DNA from: Klebsormidium nitens
Taxonomy: Eukaryota > Plantae > Klebsormidiophyceae
Assembly (NCBI GenBank): GCA_000708835.1
Contig: DF237187.1
Span: 84,995-131,858 of the forward strand
DNA: 46,864 nucleotides
Direction of reading: 5' to 3'
The notes beneath the pieces are model-generated. The model searched no databases and was not told where the DNA came from. It saw only the letters and a program-made list of their open reading frames with translations. The position numbers and the translations under genes are program-made. This document shows, in pieces, positions 23,053 through 45,811 of the stretch (its first letter is position 1; each line of letters opens with the position of its first letter).

Positions 23053-25625
23053 GACTGCGAGGCTTTGTAACTTGAGGGTAGGCAAGTTGGGGTCGTAAGA
23101 TACTAATTGTATAGTCAGTAATTGTTCGACATTCTTTCAGTCAATTCATGTCCTGCTTTCGTGTTTGAAGCTGGAGAGCGAAAAAAGTTCTGAGATGTCC
23201 AGCAATGTATACATCCTTCTCGCTGAAGAGGTGCGCCGGTTCGATGGTGAGGTCAGGTGCAACGGAGAGACTCGATCACACGTGACAAAGCAGGGAAGTT
23301 GGTTTAGTTTTCGAAGGCATACAAATGTCACCAATAGTATGTGGCAGTTCATGCACAGCTTTGTATTTTAGCACGAGGGGTGGGCTTCACTTTGTTTCTC
23401 CATTTGGACTTCTGGTCGCATGATCTTGCTTGGTAACTAGTATAGAAACATTTTTGATGAATCCCGAACTCCGAAATTGCTTGTTTCTGCGCCATGGGCC
23501 CAAGTGCCTAAGCTTCTATAAAAAGAAGTGACCATCGCATGTTGCCCGTTGAGATTCGAGTGGCCCGTTGAATCCTAAGTTGGCCCACCTTTTGCGTTGT
23601 ATGCAGCCATGCCACTCCTAAGCTTGAGCATGCAAAGTATAGCCCATTGCTCAGTGTACTAAAGCATAAAATGCAAAATTGCGGCTCACTCAGCGGCGGG
23701 CCCGGGGCAGCGACTGTTATATGTATTGATATATTGTTTTTGTTGTAGCTAATTCCGATGCAGCTCAATTGGCACAGGCTAAGTTCAAATACGCCGTAGC
23801 CAGACAGGCCATAGGCTTCCGACTCATGGCACACAAATGTTTTGGAGTTCGTGATCTATCATTGCAGTGATCTGCAACCATGTATATGAGCTGCGCCGCT
23901 GGCCGGGGCGCCGCGGCCTTGCGCGTGAAGTTGCCAGCGGCCGCGCAGGGCGCCGTCGCCCGGCCGGCCGCGTGCCCCGGCCACCGTCGGCGTGCCCGGC
24001 CGCGCGCCGGGCTCAGCTCCGTCGACGCGCGTGCATTCGAGTTTTGACAGTTCAAGCTGCTTCATCCGCCCAGGCTCCTCTTCGGCATTCTCCCAACTGT
24101 CAGACGGTATCCGATCCTGGATCGGGTTTTGCTTTTTGACGAAGATAGCTCTAAAGCCTTCAAAACCATACACATACAGTAGCCGCTCATGTCCAATTTA
24201 ATATTTACAACCCGTGCAACAAGTCACCTCCCAGTCACCTTCAAGACTTTACCTATCTAAGAATTTGTTCTCGCTTTGCTCTTATTTAGGTGATTGTTTA
24301 CAGCAATTTGTGCTCATGAAGGCGAAGAGGGTCATACGCGAGGGGGGAGTTATGAGGGACGTGTCAGAGCCCGCGCGCATAGACTCACCGAGGAATTGGT
24401 TTGCTGGGGGCTTTTCACACCAGCACACCGACCGACTGCAAAGCAGGCAGGCAATCTCAGAAAACCTACCCTTAATGTTGGTGTGAATTCTCCTCTGAAC
24501 AGTTGCCAAGGTTGGCACTTGGCAGGCCCAGTCTAGCACAGCTAGGGGGCCGGGGTGGCCGTAACAACCTTGCGCTGTGGTCATGATGGCCTCGACCCTG
24601 GGCTTTTAGCTGGGGCCTTTTCGCAAGTGCACAGCCTCTAGGTAGGTTTGTTGAAGCTCTTTGAAAGAACCCTCGATTCAAATTCTGGTTGCTGGGATTC
24701 TGTTTGGGGGGCTGGGATCTACACAGTTCCGAGTTCATAGCGAAGGCATTGTTGGGAAGCCTTAGAGATGCTGCTCAGCTGACGTCAGACAGCTGTGCGT
24801 ATGCTGAGGAGTGGGACGCGCCTCCGCAATTGGAGCAGGTAGCTGGTGCCTCTTGAAACGTTGCAGGTGAGAGGCTTTGCTCCATTTGCCAATTGTCAAG
24901 CAGGGGTCCAGATGCCCCCTGCGAAGCTAATAGGGGAGTCTATATAAACACGGTATGCAGAGAGCAGAATCTTTGGTTGTTGACAAGTAAATTGCCTCAT
25001 GCTTGTTTCGTGGCAGTGATTTGAGCTTCCAGAGAGTCTGACACTCCTTGCGTCAACTTCAGAAGGAAGTTGCTCACCTGGGGCAGAGCTTTAATTTGAA
25101 GTCGAGCAAAGCTTGCAGGTTTTCAAGCTGATTCCTCATGACACTTGAGCGACAAGATTCCTTGGTTTACCAATATGATGTTGGTACACCAATTTTTAGG
25201 GGGCACAGCTACTCTTTCTGAAAGCTGGAGGGTTCTTCTTAGAAAGTTAAGCCGAATTGCATGAGAGTCACAGATATAATGACGGTGTAATGAAAGGGCA
25301 TCTTCGCAGGAACCTGATTCTTGCCCTTTGACGATTTGATTGGCTGCCCTTTAAGCGGTCTATTCTCAATGGTGAATAGAGCTCTGGATTTATGATATTG
25401 TGTTCTCTTTACTGTTTTCAACACTTCCTTTCAGCTGTTGTGTTGTATCCTGACACAGAAATGTTTGGTGGAGCTCTTTGGAGCTTTTTGAAGTTTTTTA
25501 TTACAGTAACTCACTGAAAAGAATCTTTACAAACGTTATTGGTCTGGTAATGATGCTCCTTGTTTCGTTGTACACTCCCGCTCGTGAGCTCCCTCCCATT
25601 CCCCACCCTGATTCTTTAGAAACTT

Positions 25626-25633
25626 TAGGGTTT
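25626..25633. promoter_or_regulatory. Telo-box-like motif (AAACCCTA on the reverse strand) upstream of the AAA ATPase gene
   Basis: Exact TAGGGTTT about 250 bp upstream of the ATG. The same 8-mer occurs upstream of GID4 but also in introns, so function is not demonstrated. Confidence 0.25.
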
Positions 25634-25880
25634 CACGCAAGCGGCCCTGCGTAGATAGTTCAAAGGTCTCAAGCAATGGCAAACGTAAAGTTTTGAAAAC
25701 TTTTAACAGTAATTCCTGAAAGCTGAAAACCCCTTGCAACCCTGCCTATCCTGCCGGAAACTTTGAAGTTTGAATGGAAATATGGGGATTCTTGAACATT
25801 TGAGACTCAAATCTCAAGCAAATGTCCAAGTCAAAGCTGGTTCCTTTGACTCACTCCGGCTGCTCTTCTCCACCCCCAGG

Positions 25881-36660
<10,780 letters not shown>

Positions 36661-38589
36661 TGACGTCACGGGCGCTCGCGCACTTTCCAAGGGGGCCTGT
36701 GCTGACCCCTGTCGCCTTGCGGGGCGAGGTTTGAGATACGCGCGAACCAGACTTTGATTGTCTAGCTGGGGTGTTCAGATATTCGAGGTTTGCTGGGGGT
36801 TTGGTAGCGAGGTTTCCGCGCGGGAACGCTTTGTTTCATAGTAGCTTCGAGCGAGATCATGGGCGCGGCAGGTGGAAGGAGGTAGGAGGGTATGGTGAGG
36901 TTGGTGATTAGCGTAAGCGGCTCGTCGTGTTAAGGTTTACGTTCTGATGCTTTGCAGCTTTGACTGTGGTCAACGCCATTAAGGCCTGCTTCAATATTGC
37001 ATCTGCATAAACTGCCCATTGTAGAGAGAGTAGTTGTATCATTATACGTCCCTTTAGTTCCCTGGTAGAAGCAGATTGACATCTCTTAGGGGTTGAGGTG
37101 TTCCCAGGTCTCGGTGCACGAGTCTAGCCGTGTACCCGATGCTCAGTGTATTCAACCTTGTGTACAAAGCTGCAGGAGAAATCGTCCAATTGCCACATCA
37201 TGTGTCGCCCGCTTGCCCACCAACTTGATGGTCACTTGCTGTTATAAACCATGAGCTCCACGCTGAGCCATCGGGCAACACTCCGGTGAGACCGGGATGT
37301 CATGAGTTGACTCTGCAGCTTGCTACGGCTGCAAGTCATGTCCAATGTTCGTCATTACTCCCTACCGTATACCAGATATACGAAGACAAGCAAATAACAG
37401 CAACTTACACATCATGCATGTATAAGGGCGAAATACATACGTATGCGAATCAATGACGTGTATGCTATGCAAACGGCTACGGCGGAATTGGCGTTATGCA
37501 GCTAACGAGATCATGCAGACTACGCTAGACAAGAGGTGGCATTATACTGCGGCCGGGGCCCGGCTCCCTCCTAAGGTTCTTGCGCCCTTGATGAGGCGGT
37601 TACAGATTCATTTGGCGATTTTCCTGCTGTCGTCCGCATGCCCATACGACCAGTCGCATTGTCGATGGGCCGCGCTAGTGCCTCCGTCGCAATGGTTCTA
37701 GTGCATGCGATGGGTGGGGGTGCGCACGTGTGCAGCTAGCGCTGCATGTCCGCAATGACATGGTATTTACGTCTCTCTCTATATATATCGAACTTGAAAG
37801 AGCCCAGGGACGCAGTTGCTATATTTGCCCGGTCAGCTTTGGCAATCAACTGTGCCGCGCGCAAGTACGATTGCTTTAAGTTAACGTTAAACGTTAATGG
37901 TGTTGTGCACCGCGGCCCGTCTGCGAAAGGCTGCGGGTTAGTTGCTTTCGACTCGGCTTGCTCTCGGGTATTGCATTGGGCCCGGCTGTATGTCAACCAT
38001 AGTCGCGTGCCGGGATCGATACTTAGGGGTTCGTCAATACGTTTGTAGTGGTGACGGGGTAGGATTCTAAATAGCTAACCCCTTTCTCGAATCCGGCTTC
38101 ACTAGCCGGCTGTCGCCCGCGGGCCCACCCCCGCCCCGCCGCCCTAGCGTACCGGTTCTAGGGAACAATCACCAAGCCTCCGAATATGGCCTGTATGCAT
38201 ATGCCACCCGTAGCTGGCTATAGGTGCAAAAAACCCTGTCCGCTGAAGTATTGGGGGCCCAGGATCTGCCCCATGCTTAACTTACCCAGCTAGAGGCCCC
38301 ATGCATGAGCGCCACCCCATCCCTTGCATGAGCTCACGCACTACGATTAAACACATTGTTTCGCGGCCAGCTTTGAAGCAAGTGAACTCATTGATGCCGC
38401 CATACATGTATACACATGCCGCAAAGTACAATCTGCGTTATCGAGGCAATGAATCGCCACTAAAATGTAAGTCGAAAAATATTGCCGGTGGATCCTATAC
38501 ATAATTGGGCACGGCCGCCAATTTGCATTTTAATCCGGCCAACCTTTGGCCGCCGCAAGGCCACGGTGTGCACCAGGCAAGTTGCAGTG

Positions 38590-38678
38590 CAATCGTGTGC
38601 AAATATCAGCCCCTATAAGTCAACGGTCAGCAATCGTGTGCAAATATCAGTCCCTATAAGTACGTGCGCAACGGTCAC
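38590..38678. repeat. 41-bp two-copy tandem duplication, intergenic
   Basis: caatcgtgtgcaaatatcag(c/t)ccctataagt at 38590 and 38631, each followed by caacggtca (the second after a 7-nt insert). Confidence 0.85.
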
Positions 38679-39454
38679 AACATCGGCGGCATCTGCTAAT
38701 ATGTCGGAATCCCAATGATGCACGTATAATTGCTGTAGCAGTTCAGTTTGGACCTGCGTTCCTTTTTCTGCAACATGAAACGAAAACCCAGTACAGCGAC
38801 TCATCATATACTTGTTAAAATGTGGAAAGCATTATCTCTTGTTAGCGAAATGCAATCCTCAAAAACGGATTCTCTTGCCAAGATTCTCAAGACTATGCAC
38901 AAGCCTGCCAGTTTGAATGTTTGAGATGTCCAAGGAACCTTTCGAACCTTGTTGTCCATGCATGACTACGAAACTCCCACCTAATACACGACCACTTCTC
39001 AGAAGGTCTTGACTGCATTTATTTTCTATCATAGAATTTACGCGTGCCAGGTTTCCTAGCTGCTCTTCTCATCTTTTTACAATACATTGAGAAGCTTGTA
39101 AAATTCCTACTTCTGGAGCTTCGCCCCTACATCGACCTCCCAAATGACAAATTGATCATATGCCGCACCGCAGTAGGCACCATTAACGAATGCTTGCCAC
39201 CAGTAATCTGACCATGTGCCAATCAGATCACCAAAAAGACCTCCCTCAATCTGAGGTCGACTTATATTGTACACCCACTGGCAGCCCACATTCTTGCTCT
39301 ACTGTTTTTGACTAGACCGCCAGCCCGAAGGCGACTCAGCCTTAGCAACGCCAAAATAATGCCCTTGTCAAGCAACGATCCCCTCCTCGAAACGGACACT
39401 GAACCGGAAAAGACGTTTCATGTCGACCGGCGACCAAGCTTACGTCGGAACTCT

Positions 39455-42400
39455 TCAATACGGAGGCCCATATTTGCCCATGCGCCACAGCAGGATGCGG
39501 TGTGGGTTCGTCCCATGCCGGCCCCCACACTCGAAACACCGGTGCGTCTCGGGATGCGCGCAATTTGCCCCGTCCTCACACGACAAACTCCCCTGGAACC
39601 CGCCCTGGGAAGGGTACCCCCCCCCGGGCCCTTGCTTGACGGCCCCCCCCCTCTGAGAATCCCAAGGACCCTGACGCAATTCGGAGTGGAAACCATGATG
39701 GTCGTGGGGGGGGAACTCTGAGCGTCCGTTATACTCTGGCCGGGGCCCCCCCGCAATGGCAAGTTGTCCGGGGGGGAATGGGTGGCCGTTGGCTCCTGAG
39801 GGGATTCTCGCGGCCGGGAGGCGGGGGGTACTGCTTCCCGGCCCAGTGGGGGAGTTGGGGCCCTGTTCTGAGGAGAGGCGGCAGCGGCCCCTCATGAACC
39901 ACGTCACGCAGTAGCTGCAAAAGGGGAAAACGGGGCCTCAGCTTGCAGGCAAGAAGAAGGCAAACTTGACGGAACCATGACGAACGCGAGGGTGGGCGAA
40001 AACGGGGCCCGGATTGGGTCAATTGTAGGTCAACAACAAAGCACAACGATACCGGATGGACGAAACGGAACCCGAGTAAAAAGTCGGACTTGGCAAGGGA
40101 AGCTAAACCTCCTTGTCAGCAATCGAGGAGTCTGAAAACCAAGCCCAGTAAACCTCTGAATCACTCTGGTCAACCCACAGAAATTCCAGAAGGCCAGGAA
40201 CAGGCACGACTTACCAGACCGTTGCTGATCAACTATCCAACAACAACCTTTGTAAGTACTAAACCTTTTCAGAACCGGCGACTTACAAACTTAGCTTGAG
40301 TTGAGGGCTAAAACAAGCGCTGAATCAAGAGAATAGAAGGTATTATCGGTATGAAAAACTCACCTTCCAAATGGGGGGTCAGATGGTAGCCACGGGTTGG
40401 GGGGGTGGTCATGGCCACGCACAGTCCGCAGGGAGTTGACTTGCTTCGCTGAGAGGGACCATTGCAGAGCAACCACCGCCTGATGCTCCAGTTCCAGGTA
40501 CTTCTGGATAGGGACAAAGTCCTGTGAAAGGAAGTAGAAACTTTCAGCAACTTGTATCAAGACTTGCCGTGTCATGTGCATCAGAGACAGGAGGAGTGCG
40601 ACGAGGAGATGAAAACTTCGCTCGTAGGAAGGGACTTGTGAAGGTGGAAACGCGACGCAAGAGGAAACTTGTGAAGAGGAAACACGACGGAAGAGAATAA
40701 CAAACACAGAAAGCAGGTAGATAGCAGTGGAAGGAGAACTACAGGGCTGCAAAGAGGGGTTTGCACTGCCTTGGACCACATAGTCAGACATTCTCAGTCT
40801 GAAGTGATATGAGGCTTCTGAAGTGTCCATATTTGGCTCTGCAACAAGAGTCCTCACCAGTCACTCCAGAGAGAGCACAATCAAGAAGGGTTAAGCTGGA
40901 ACATCTGACCAATTGGAGGGCCGCTCCATACCTTTCTGAGGTCCAGGGGGAACGCCCTAGGACTGGGCCCAGCATGAGAAATCTGCACACAGAACGACGT
41001 GCTCAATGTTGACGCACTTTCAAAATGGATGATTTCAACTGATAAGAACAACTGAGAGTACTGCATACGCTTCCACAGAAGAGGACTCGCTACCAGACAC
41101 ACCGCCAACTACCTTGGTGTTCAAGGGTCGCAACCTGCTAGTGCTGACAGCAGGCGACTTGCACGAGTCAACGAGCCACAGCGACTGCCCATTTTCCCAG
41201 GCGCATTGCACATCGGATTGGGGGGAGTACCTGCTTGTCCAAGTTTGAACACCGGACCTGCGTGTCTGCCAACTCCTGTGTCAATATGAGGATGTGCTCT
41301 CCATACAGATCGCGTTCCTAGAGATAGAAAAGATGAGGCGCCATCAGTAAACATTGTCAAGTGTTGATGATTGTTCAGACGTTGTCACAACGAAGCGCTG
41401 CCATTGTTGGATGCTGAATGGTCACAAACAAGCTGCCTTCCTCAATGTGTGCAAGTTTTGCTGTTCAGAACCACCCTGGACTCCATGATGCTGAAGAATT
41501 GGCGCGGCAATAACTCACAATTTCGGGGCAGTGCCCCAGAAGGACCGGCCAGGAGATGATTGAGAATCTGCCTTTCTTAAAAGCTACCGCGAACGAGGCA
41601 ATGGGGGCAGTGCCCCAAAAAGCCAAACGTGGAGGAAAGCGTCAATTTCAATCCTTGGCCACAAAAAACAAAATGCGGCAGAGTGCCTGACAAAAGAAAT
41701 GAAACCAACATCGTGTGCTGCTGTATACTCATTCAAGACCTGACAGACGTACCGTATCAGCTACTGCCCTCATCCTCTCCTTCTCGACCCGCGCCTTATC
41801 TCTCTCTGATCGTAACCTGCAGGTGCGAGCTTATTCAGGCCCAGCAACAGCGATTCTGAGAAGATGCCACCGCACTCGACAAACTCCTCTTTTGTAATCC
41901 ACTCCCATGCTTGGTGCTAGGACCAGCGGTCAAGACTGGAAGCTTGCAAGAAACTGTCTACGTCACCTCACTGTCGCTTGCGGCAGACATATACTGCTTG
42001 GTAGCCATTAGCCAAGCGTGGAATTCAGGGAAGCATCCACCCGCCAAGAAACATTGACGTCTCCTTCCTCACCTCCCATTCTCTATCTCTAGATCCTGTA
42101 TTCTCCGAGCTAGCCTCGCCCGCTCGTCCTGAAAACTCTGAGTGAGGAACGCTGACGTCACTGATGAATCGCTGCCCTCGGATGGTGACCTCAGCATGTC
42201 CTTTTCACCCGGACGCTTCTTTAGAGCCTCCTGCTGGCAGAAGAGCAGAGACAGGTTAGCGTTGTGTCCACATCACAATTCAGCTGCACACATGGGAAAC
42301 ATCATAATTCCCAACTTACGCTATTCCAGGCCGTTTCATATTCTCTATGATTAACATAAGGAAGTACGTGCACTTAGTGCTTATGCATTTCACTTTGAAA

Positions 42401-43436
42401 AAAGTGCAACGGCCAAAGAAACCAGGCTGCTTCCCGAGATAGACAAGTCGAGGATCAGGCTAGAGTGGACAGAATGCTGGAAAGAAGCTAATGATGGCGT
42501 CATAACGCAATATTATTGTCCAGATGTAGCGTGGACCATCATGATATCTGTTGAAGCCCTTACCAACTTCTGGTAACAAGCAACAAAGCAGAGCCCCAAG
42601 AACATACCCCTCCTAAACTTACATTCAGCAATAATTGCGAACGAGCATGAGAAGGGAGGCTAGCAGACGTTTGCATTCAACAACATTATGGTCTGTGCAA
42701 ATTAATTCTTGCACCACTCCAACTTTTTCAGTGAGGACTCCCAATGTTGATCATTACATGGTGAGGAAACTCCAGACTACTGCAAATGGAAGTGTCACGA
42801 CAATAGGTAGACTGCAGGCATGAAAGACCCTGTCGGGGACCGTAAAACACAACTAGCCCAACGAAGTGCCATTAAAAAAGTCAAACCAGAGGTGCACAGA
42901 AGATGTCATCAATACGTTGCGCAAGAGGCAAGCTCAATGGAAAAGGAGCGGCTTACCTCTGGTTGATCAAGCTCTCTGTCATCCAGCTCACTACCCCCGT
43001 CCATTGATCCAATGTCAAGGTCAGAGTCCAAGTCCAGTTCTATGGCAAGGTGCCTGAGTAGCTTGGTCATTGCACACAACCTGTGCCTGACTGCGCAAAA
43101 CCTTGAATGTATCCACCTTGATACACGTTTTAGACTAATACTCAGATTGTGGTCACCAAACCTTGCAATTTGCGACGGTGCAATGGATGTAAGATCACTG
43201 GTTCGTTGGGTGCTTCAAAATATAGCAGCCAGCTCCTCGCAATATGAACACTCGTAGGTCCTCTCAAAAGGCCTACAAGACCGACTTTCTCCTAACTTCG
43301 CTCCGAGAGAAAAACCACCATTCTTTGGGGGTCAGATCGCCGCACCTCGTTTCAACTCCCGCTCAGGCTGTTTCCTCCAACGACTTGGAAATGTCGACAA
43401 GAGGACTCCAGCTCCAGAAGCTGCATTCGCGTAGCC
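39455..43436 (-). CDS. Unrecognised multi-exon protein: acidic N-region, coiled coil, Gly/Pro-rich region and C-terminal Cys/His cluster (at least about 400 aa; 5' end undefined)
   Basis: Phase-consistent GT-AG exon chain: 43436-43346, 43090-42957, [42569-42564], 42233-42073, 41816-41753, 41317-41231, 40982-40932, 40521-40364, 39914-39455 (1212 nt, no internal stop). Peptides: FQDERARLARRIQDLEIENGRLRSERDKARVEKERMRAVADTERDLYGEHILILTQELADTQVRCSNLDKQ, and C-terminal CEDGANCAHPETHRCFECGGRH. Exon choice between 40.5 and 41.2 kb is ambiguous (alternative 41134-41113, VATLEHQ). Confidence 0.7.
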
Positions 43437-43862
43437 CTAGAGAGAGGAAGCCATGCTCAGCAAAAGCACACAGCCGGCTCTTCGGCAGCCGTACGGCCAG
43501 CTGGTGCGCATGGATGATGATGCAACAGCTGAGGTTTGAACGCGGTGCTGATTGCGGGCAAACGAGGGCAGCTCGCACAGCACTGCAGACTGCATGCGTT
43601 GGGCTGATGTCAACAGTCTGCGCTGGAGCTTTCGTGCCCTATTTCCGACCATGGCACGAACTGGACGTTTCGGGAGAGCCATTTGCTTGCATTACGCTGA
43701 GGTCAGCAAATGACACCGGAACCCCGAACGTGGTGTTTCAGGTAGCAACTGCAGTCGAGATTGTCTCTCAGGTGGGGGATTGTGTCAAGTTGGAGCCTCG
43801 GCCGCGTTCGCCATCATGCGTGCGCCTCGATAATTGGAACGATCGGATCGAACCATAGAAAG

Positions 43863-43970
43863 GTACGGTATGTGTACATTCAACCGGTACTGTACACTAC
43901 CTAGGTACCTTGTCCGTAGCAGTACCGGTAGTAGGTACGATAGTAGTGGGCACTGGGCACTACTAGGTAC
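43863..43970. promoter_or_regulatory. GTAC-motif cluster (8 copies in 108 bp)
   Basis: GTAC at 43863, 43874, 43887, 43892, 43905, 43922, 43935 and 43967. A regulatory role is inferred only. Confidence 0.35.
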
Positions 43971-45222
43971 TCAAAATGACCGGGGCATATGCAATGTGCA
44001 TTCGTGGACTACTCGAGATCTCCCTGAAATCGCGGCGGTCCCTGACAGTTTGAAACAACGATGGAATCGGCCGAGTTTGGACGGCTATGAAATGCTGTAC
44101 TGAAGATCGACGGCCGCAGAAGTACCTGAATTATGAATAGCCAGGCGGGCCGTTCCGAAAAACACCGCCCTCCAGGGCCCCTGAGGACTAGCAATCTAAA
44201 TCATTGATGACGCCATGTATGCGAGGTAAGAGCTGTACCGTACCTACTGGGTTACAGAATCATGCCATCGGGTTCCAAATACTCCGAGCATGATTCCTGA
44301 ATTTAACCGTCCGATTGTGGGCAATGAAAGCATCGAACGGCTCAAGATCAGGAACCATGCTCAGTCCCATTGGAACCCGATGGCAAGTTTGACGCAAACA
44401 GCTGTAACACCTACCTATACAGTCTGAACTGCGAGGCGCTGGGTCACCCGGGGGCATGTGTAGTTTGGAAAGGGTCGTGGCTGGGGGGGCAGCTCGTGCT
44501 GCGTTCCGGCCGCTCAATTCTTACCGTTCGCTGCTGAGATTGGACGTCACAAATGCATCTTCAACAAATGCTGGAGATCCTCGAGGTTTTCTATGCACCG
44601 TGAATCGCTGCAGCCCCCCTATAGGCCCTAGAGGGTTAAAGTGCACGCGCTAATTTCAAATCCCGTAGGTACGTACCGTTTCAAAATGTCCTCTACAGTC
44701 CGGGTAGAATCTAGTATCTCTCCGGTTTCGTCGGACGTCCTCGGACCCCACCATTGTCATACCGGTAGGTTCACAAGAAATTGGAGCAGTACGCGTGAAG
44801 GTTTGTGGCACGTTAACTCTACCTTCTTTTGACCACTTTGATTCTAAACCAGTTCACAGCTTCTCCCGAGAAACTGCCAGCACTGAGCCAGCACGTCTCA
44901 GGATACTGTACCTATAGATTAGTCCTTAGTGTACCTGTTTGTGGTAACCACCTTTAAACTAGCTAGTGTACGATTAAACGATAAGTTGGTTTACACTCAA
45001 AACTGAAATGCTGAATTAAAAGGGGAACGTCACAGTCGAGTGACCGGTAACCCGTGCCAATCTCCCAAGGAGACGGGAGACGGTAGTTACCAAGAACCGT
45101 TGTTGAAAACTCTTGAACTGCTAATGTTTGTGACGTCATTGCTACCGTCATGACTTCGGGGCAGATCCGCGGTTGATCGGACGGATCGGATTTTGGCGAT
45201 CCTTAATCTTCAATGCGAAAGC

Positions 45223-45231
45223 GCCACGTGG
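45223..45231. promoter_or_regulatory. G-box (GCCACGTGG) about 240 bp upstream of the ORF at 45473
   Basis: Exact match to the plant bZIP/bHLH G-box core CACGTG with GC/G flanks. A single short motif may be chance. Confidence 0.25.
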
Positions 45232-45304
45232 ACGGGGATTTCTCTCATGACTTATGACCGTACCTAGTTAAAGCCGATAGGAGCTAGAACCTAGCTGTAT
45301 TTTG

Positions 45305-45399
45305 GTACTACGGTCTACTTATACCTGTACGTAACCTAGGTACCCAAACCAAGTTAGGTACGAACCCACCACCGTACTCAGGTACGGTAGGTATGGTAC
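45305..45399. promoter_or_regulatory. GTAC-motif cluster (7 copies in 95 bp)
   Basis: GTAC at 45305, 45327, 45340, 45358, 45374, 45382 and 45396. The cluster ends 74 bp before the ATG at 45473. Confidence 0.35.
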
Positions 45400-45472
45400 T
45401 TCCATTCCCTCGACTCGACTGCCGGCAAGACTGCCGCTGCTCGGGCGCTTCGGTCCACCACTGCAAGGGGGA

Positions 45473-45811
45473 ATGGCTGCCACCATGGCTGTCCCCAACG
45501 TTACATTGAGCTTGGTAATCTTCCTGCTGCTCAACATAGGCTGTGCCTTGGGTCCAATAGTGCACAATAGACTGAGAAGCAGAGAAGGAACCGGCAAGGA
45601 AAACGAGACTGGAGGCATGAACACCCATTCTTTGAATGGTAGCTTTGCTCATGGCCCAGATCCTCTTATTCTTGACGAGCCCGCCTCCTCTCTTAGTCGT
45701 CAAGCAGGATGCCGCCCTTGGCCAGCTCATCTTAGCACAGCTTTTACCAACCTCAAGATCCCGTCATACGGAGGAACAACCACGAGCTTGATCAACATTA
45801 GCAACCGTTAA
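45473..45811 (+). CDS. Possible small secreted or membrane-anchored protein, or the first exon of a spliced gene
   Basis: MAATMAVPNVTLSLVIFLLLNIGCALG resembles a signal peptide, and there are several N-x-S/T sequons (NET, NGS, NIS). An exon-like segment with good splice sites at 46416-46450 suggests a spliced transcript may continue. No family recognised. Confidence 0.3.
   Translation: MAATMAVPNVTLSLVIFLLLNIGCALGPIVHNRLRSREGTGKENETGGMNTHSLNGSFAHGPDPLILDEPASSLSRQAGCRPWPAHLSTAFTNLKIPSYGGTTTSLINISNR

Noticed and set aside
24780-25140. Minus-strand fragments MRNQLENLQALLDFKLKLCP and ATCSNCGGASH (gag-knuckle-like)
   Set aside because: The knuckle lacks its final Cys, the fragments are short and cannot be joined, and there is no adjacent pol remnant.
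38085-38165. Helitron 3' end (GC hairpin followed by CTAG)
   Set aside because: Hairpin-to-CTAG spacing and the following base do not fit well, and no 5' TC end or Rep/helicase remnant was found.
39107-39430. Extra 3' exon or RT region following the Cys/His ORF
   Set aside because: The donor-like GTAAGC lies after the stop or in another frame, the acceptor context is poor, and the peptide has no RT motifs.
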